64,000 nucleotides of DNA from Alphaproteobacteria bacterium. Lineage in GTDB: Bacteria > Pseudomonadota > Alphaproteobacteria > SP197. Shown piece by piece: positions 60,631 through 64,000 of this stretch. Location of the stretch: contig OZ245842.1 of NCBI GenBank assembly GCA_965228895.1, positions 4,768,001-4,832,000 on the forward strand. Reading direction: 5' to 3'. Numbering within the stretch: the first letter of the stretch is position 1; the number at the start of each line of letters is the position of its first letter. Position numbers and translations under genes: made by a program. The notes under the pieces were generated by a model. The model worked only from the letters and a program-made list of their open reading frames with translations, searched no databases and was not told the origin of the DNA.

Positions 60631-61788
60631 ATGACGACGGACACGACGGATATCTTCGACCCCGCCCACTACGCGGCCGTGCGCCGGCCGGTGCTGGAGG
60701 CCGGCACCCTGCCCGCCTGGTGCTACACGTCGCCGGCCTTCTTTGAACGCGAGCGCGAGCGGGTGTTTCTGAAGGGCTGGAACTTCGTCGGACGGGCCGA
60801 CGAAGTGGCGGAGACCGGCGCCTACCTGGCGGTCGAGACGCCGGGCGGGCCGGTGCTGCTGGTGCAGGACAACGCCGGTGAGCTCCGCGCCTTCGCCAAC
60901 ACCTGCCGGCATCGCGGCGCGCGGCTGTTGACCGGCAGTGGCACGTGCCGGCGGCTGGTCTGCCCCTATCACGCCTGGACCTACGATCTGGATGGCCGTC
61001 TGGTGGGCGCGCCGGGCATGGACGCGACGGCGGGTTTCGATACCGCCGACTGGCCGCTGACGCCGGTCCGGCTTGACGCCTGGCAGGGCTTCCTCTTCGT
61101 CTGTTTCTCTGAGGCCACGCCGCCGCTCACCGAGTATCTGGGCGACCTGACCGTGCAGTTGGGCAGCTACAGTTTCGACGACCTCGTGACGACGCGCCGG
61201 GTCGACTACGACGTCCCCTGCAATTGGAAGCTTCTGGCCGAGAACGCCATGGAGGCCTATCACACGGGCACGGTCCATAGCGCCTCGCTCGGCCAGCAGG
61301 TGGGCGAGCAGGTCGAGACCGCCGGCCATTGGGACGCGCTCTTCATCGCTCAGGAAACCAGCATCGCCGTGCTGCCGGGCGAGACCGCGCCCTTCCCCCA
61401 TATCCCGACGCTTGAGGGGCGCGCCAGGGAAGGCACGTTCTTCACCATGCTGCATCCCAACACCCAGCTTGCCTGCACCCAGGATGCGCTGTGGTGGTCG
61501 ACCTTCCGCCCGGTCGCCGCCGACCGCACGATCCTCCATGTCGGCCAGTGCTTTCCGCGCGCGACGGCAGCCCGGCCGGACTTCGCGGCGAAGGTGGAGC
61601 CTTACTACCGGCGCTGGGACAAGGGCATCGAGGAGGATAACGCCATCGGCGCCGAGCAGCAGGCGGGCCTGATGTCGGCGCTGCGCACGCCCGGGCGATT
61701 TTCGGAGCGCGAGACGGCGATACACAGCCTCGCCAACTGGATCGTCGACCAGGTCATCGACGACGGCCAGGCGACCCGGCGCATCTGA
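60631..61788 (+). CDS. Rieske non-heme iron oxygenase alpha subunit
   Basis: CRHRG...CPYHAW Rieske motif, NWK..ENAMEAYH...VH, EED. Start approximate. Confidence 0.92.
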   Translation: MTTDTTDIFDPAHYAAVRRPVLEAGTLPAWCYTSPAFFERERERVFLKGWNFVGRADEVAETGAYLAVETPGGPVLLVQDNAGELRAFANTCRHRGARLLTGSGTCRRLVCPYHAWTYDLDGRLVGAPGMDATAGFDTADWPLTPVRLDAWQGFLFVCFSEATPPLTEYLGDLTVQLGSYSFDDLVTTRRVDYDVPCNWKLLAENAMEAYHTGTVHSASLGQQVGEQVETAGHWDALFIAQETSIAVLPGETAPFPHIPTLEGRAREGTFFTMLHPNTQLACTQDALWWSTFRPVAADRTILHVGQCFPRATAARPDFAAKVEPYYRRWDKGIEEDNAIGAEQQAGLMSALRTPGRFSERETAIHSLANWIVDQVIDDGQATRRI

Positions 61789-61804
61789 CGGCGACAGCGC
61801 ATTC

Positions 61805-62737
61805 ATGGTCTCCAAGCTTCCCCGGCACACCATCATCGCGACCCTGGTCGGGCTCGGCGCGATCTGCTTGTGGTCGACAGGCGGCCCGCTGCTGACACTG
61901 ATCCCCGACTTCCCGCCCTTCCAGTTGATGGCCATGACCTTGGTGACGTTCTTTCTGGTCATGGTGCCGATCTGGCTGGCGCGCGGCCAGTCGGTGACGG
62001 CAAAGTTCAGGATGCCGCTCAAGGTCTGGCTGGTCGGCATCGCCGGACCCTGGGGCTACACGATCTGCTTTTTCATCTCCTACCAATTGATCACGCCAGT
62101 CCATGCCAGCCTTCTGTTGTTGAGCTGGCCGGTGATGTTGCTGCTGGCGAACGCCCTGCTGCGCGACCGGCGCATCCGTTGGTGGCACGGGCTGGGCGCG
62201 ATGGCGGGATTTGGCGGGGCGATCCTGCTGATCCTGTCGCGGCAGTCAGGCAGCGCGGTCGATGAAGCGCCGTTGCTCGGTTACCTGATCGCCGCCGGCG
62301 GCGCGATTTGTTTTGCAGTCTATTCGTTTTGCCGCAGCGGCTGGCCCGAGGTGGCGACCGATGCCGGGTCCCTGTTCTGCCTGGGCGGCGCGGTATTGAG
62401 CGTGCCCATCCATCTGATCTTTGAAACCACGGTCATGCCGTCGGCGATTGCCTGGACCGTCATCGTCGCCTTCGGCCTGGGCAACGTCGCGGCCGCGTTG
62501 TTCGCCTGGGATTACGGCATGAAGTTCGGTCAGGTGCGTTCGCTCGTCGCGATGAGTTATCTGATCCCGCTCTTCACCGCGTTGATCCTGATCGCCATCG
62601 GCGCCAGCCCGTTCACGGTGGCGGCGGCGGTCGCCTGTCTTTTGATCATCGGCGGCGCCTTCATCGGCTCGCGCGACCTCTTCATGACGACGCCGGCGAC
62701 CGTTCAGTCGCGGGCGCCGAGGAAAGCGTCCATGTGA
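61805..62737 (+). CDS. DMT/EamA family transporter
   Basis: About 10 TM segments with a duplicated EamA pattern. Confidence 0.85.
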   Translation: MVSKLPRHTIIATLVGLGAICLWSTGGPLLTLIPDFPPFQLMAMTLVTFFLVMVPIWLARGQSVTAKFRMPLKVWLVGIAGPWGYTICFFISYQLITPVHASLLLLSWPVMLLLANALLRDRRIRWWHGLGAMAGFGGAILLILSRQSGSAVDEAPLLGYLIAAGGAICFAVYSFCRSGWPEVATDAGSLFCLGGAVLSVPIHLIFETTVMPSAIAWTVIVAFGLGNVAAALFAWDYGMKFGQVRSLVAMSYLIPLFTALILIAIGASPFTVAAAVACLLIIGGAFIGSRDLFMTTPATVQSRAPRKASM

Positions 62738-63363
62738 AACCGGGCCTGGGCCGGCACATAGACAGCATCGCGCCCGACCGGACAGGCGCGCCGCGCCCGA
62801 CAGCCGAGGTCCAGGCAATCGGCGCCTTCGGGCGTGCGCAGATGGCCGGCGCATGCTTCGACGTCATAACGTTCGCCATCGAAGGCGGCGACCGGACAGG
62901 TCGTCAGGCACGGTTTGTCGGCACAGCTTTCGCACGGGCTGGGCCGGTCATCGCGTTCGGGCAAGCCTTCGACCTCATGGTCAAAAGCAAGCGCGCCGCG
63001 ATAGGCGTGCCAAAGCCCGTGCTCGTGATGGATCAGCATGCCGATCGGTGACGGATAAACCGCCTCGGCGCGCTGCGCCCAGCGTTGGAACGGCAGCCAA
63101 GGCGGACCGTCGAACGGGTAATGCGGATCCGCACCGAGCCGTTGCGCCACATCGTCCAGCACCGCGCGCGTCCATCGGTTCATGGGATTGGGACCATCGG
63201 TCCGGGCGGCTTCGAAGACCGGCCACACATCCGGGCCCGCATTGCCGACCATGACGAGACAGTGGGGATCGCCGGGAACGCCATCCTCGCCAACCGGGCG
63301 AAAGCCGCCGCGTGCGATCAAGCCAAACGGGCCAAGCGCTTCGACGATGGTCGCGTAACGCAT
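62704..63363 (-). CDS. 4Fe-4S protein with QueG/MMACHC-like segment
   Basis: PFQRWA, IHHEHGLWHAYRGAL, CxxCxxxxCxxxCP, C...GCxARRACP; ATG 8 bp after the GST stop. Confidence 0.75.
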   Translation of the reverse strand: MRYATIVEALGPFGLIARGGFRPVGEDGVPGDPHCLVMVGNAGPDVWPVFEAARTDGPNPMNRWTRAVLDDVAQRLGADPHYPFDGPPWLPFQRWAQRAEAVYPSPIGMLIHHEHGLWHAYRGALAFDHEVEGLPERDDRPSPCESCADKPCLTTCPVAAFDGERYDVEACAGHLRTPEGADCLDLGCRARRACPVGRDAVYVPAQARFHMDAFLGARD

Positions 63364-63371
63364 GACCGCGC

Positions 63372-63971
63372 TTAGGCGGGATCGCTCGGCACGGTACCGG
63401 CCATGGACGGGCGTTTGGAAAACGCCTCGTACCAGGCCGCAAGCTTGGGCCGGCCTTCGCGCCAGTTCAGGACGCCCAAGCGAAAGTCGACATAGCCCAG
63501 CGCCGCACCGACCGCGATGGTCGAAAGGTCGACCGTGTCGCCCATGCCGTCGGCCTCGGCTTCGAGCTGGTCGAGGGCGCGGGTGATCTTGCCCTTTTGG
63601 CGATCGACGGCGTCGGACCATTGTTTGTCGTCCGGCCGACGGCCTTCCATGACGCAGGCCAGGCCCGCCTCCATGATGCCGTCGGCGAGCGCGTGGCGGC
63701 ACAGCACGGTGCTTCGCTTGTCCGGGTCAGCGGGGATCAGCTCAGGCCCATCGCCCCGACTGTCCAGGTGATCGCAAATCACCATGCTGTCGAAGAGCGC
63801 CTGGCCGCAATCGGAAATGAGTGCCGGCACCTTTTCGAGCGGATTGTCGCCGGCCAGGCCGCCCATATCACCGGCAGCGACAAATTCGATCTTGTCGGCA
63901 AGGCCCTTCTCGTGGGCCGCGATCATGACCTTGCGCACGAAAGGCGAGGTCTGGCTGTAGTAGAGCTTCAT
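63372..63971 (-). CDS. Glutathione S-transferase family protein
   Basis: SPFVRKV, NPLEKVPAL, FDSMVIC. Confidence 0.93.
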   Translation of the reverse strand: MKLYYSQTSPFVRKVMIAAHEKGLADKIEFVAAGDMGGLAGDNPLEKVPALISDCGQALFDSMVICDHLDSRGDGPELIPADPDKRSTVLCRHALADGIMEAGLACVMEGRRPDDKQWSDAVDRQKGKITRALDQLEAEADGMGDTVDLSTIAVGAALGYVDFRLGVLNWREGRPKLAAWYEAFSKRPSMAGTVPSDPA

Positions 63972-64000
63972 GGTGATAGTCCCTGATGAACCCTAGAGCG

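Noticed and set aside
60438-60644. 69-aa N-terminal extension of toxin 2 in the ORF track
   Set aside because: Homology to toxin 1 starts at MRFKHDPL (60437), and the extension covers the LexA box and the AT-rich promoter.
60514-62040. 508-aa minus-strand ORF upstream of toxin 2
   Set aside because: Antisense to the Rieske oxygenase and DMT genes; not part of the cassette.

Overview
GC-rich alphaproteobacterial chromosomal segment (Rhodospirillales-like gene content; taxonomy is an inference). From left to right: the 3' end of dnaN, recF-gyrB and a class A PBP; a ~27 kb cobalamin biosynthesis cluster with a cobalamin riboswitch and a mixed aerobic/anaerobic gene set (cobN/cobW alongside cbiX, cbiD and cbiG-cobJ, with no cobG/cobF in the window); mmcB, transport and metabolic genes; an RND pump; the phaR-phaC-phaA-phaB locus; and a Rieske oxygenase. 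The main discovery is two homologous accessory cassettes about 17 kb apart (35.7-40.9 kb and 57.8-60.5 kb). Each has an alphaproteobacterial LexA box (GTTC-N7-GTTC) in front of a lead gene. The lead protein has a conserved N-terminal module resembling the coat-binding tail of T7-like phage scaffolding proteins and a divergent colicin-M-like C-terminal domain. It is followed by tandem paralogous membrane proteins (four and two copies) that look like an immunity array. I interpret this as a candidate SOS-induced, possibly capsid-delivered, toxin-immunity system; the family assignments are by eye and need HMM or structure checks. Several palindromic MITE/REP-like intergenic elements are also present. 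I saw no tRNA, rRNA, CRISPR array or transposase.
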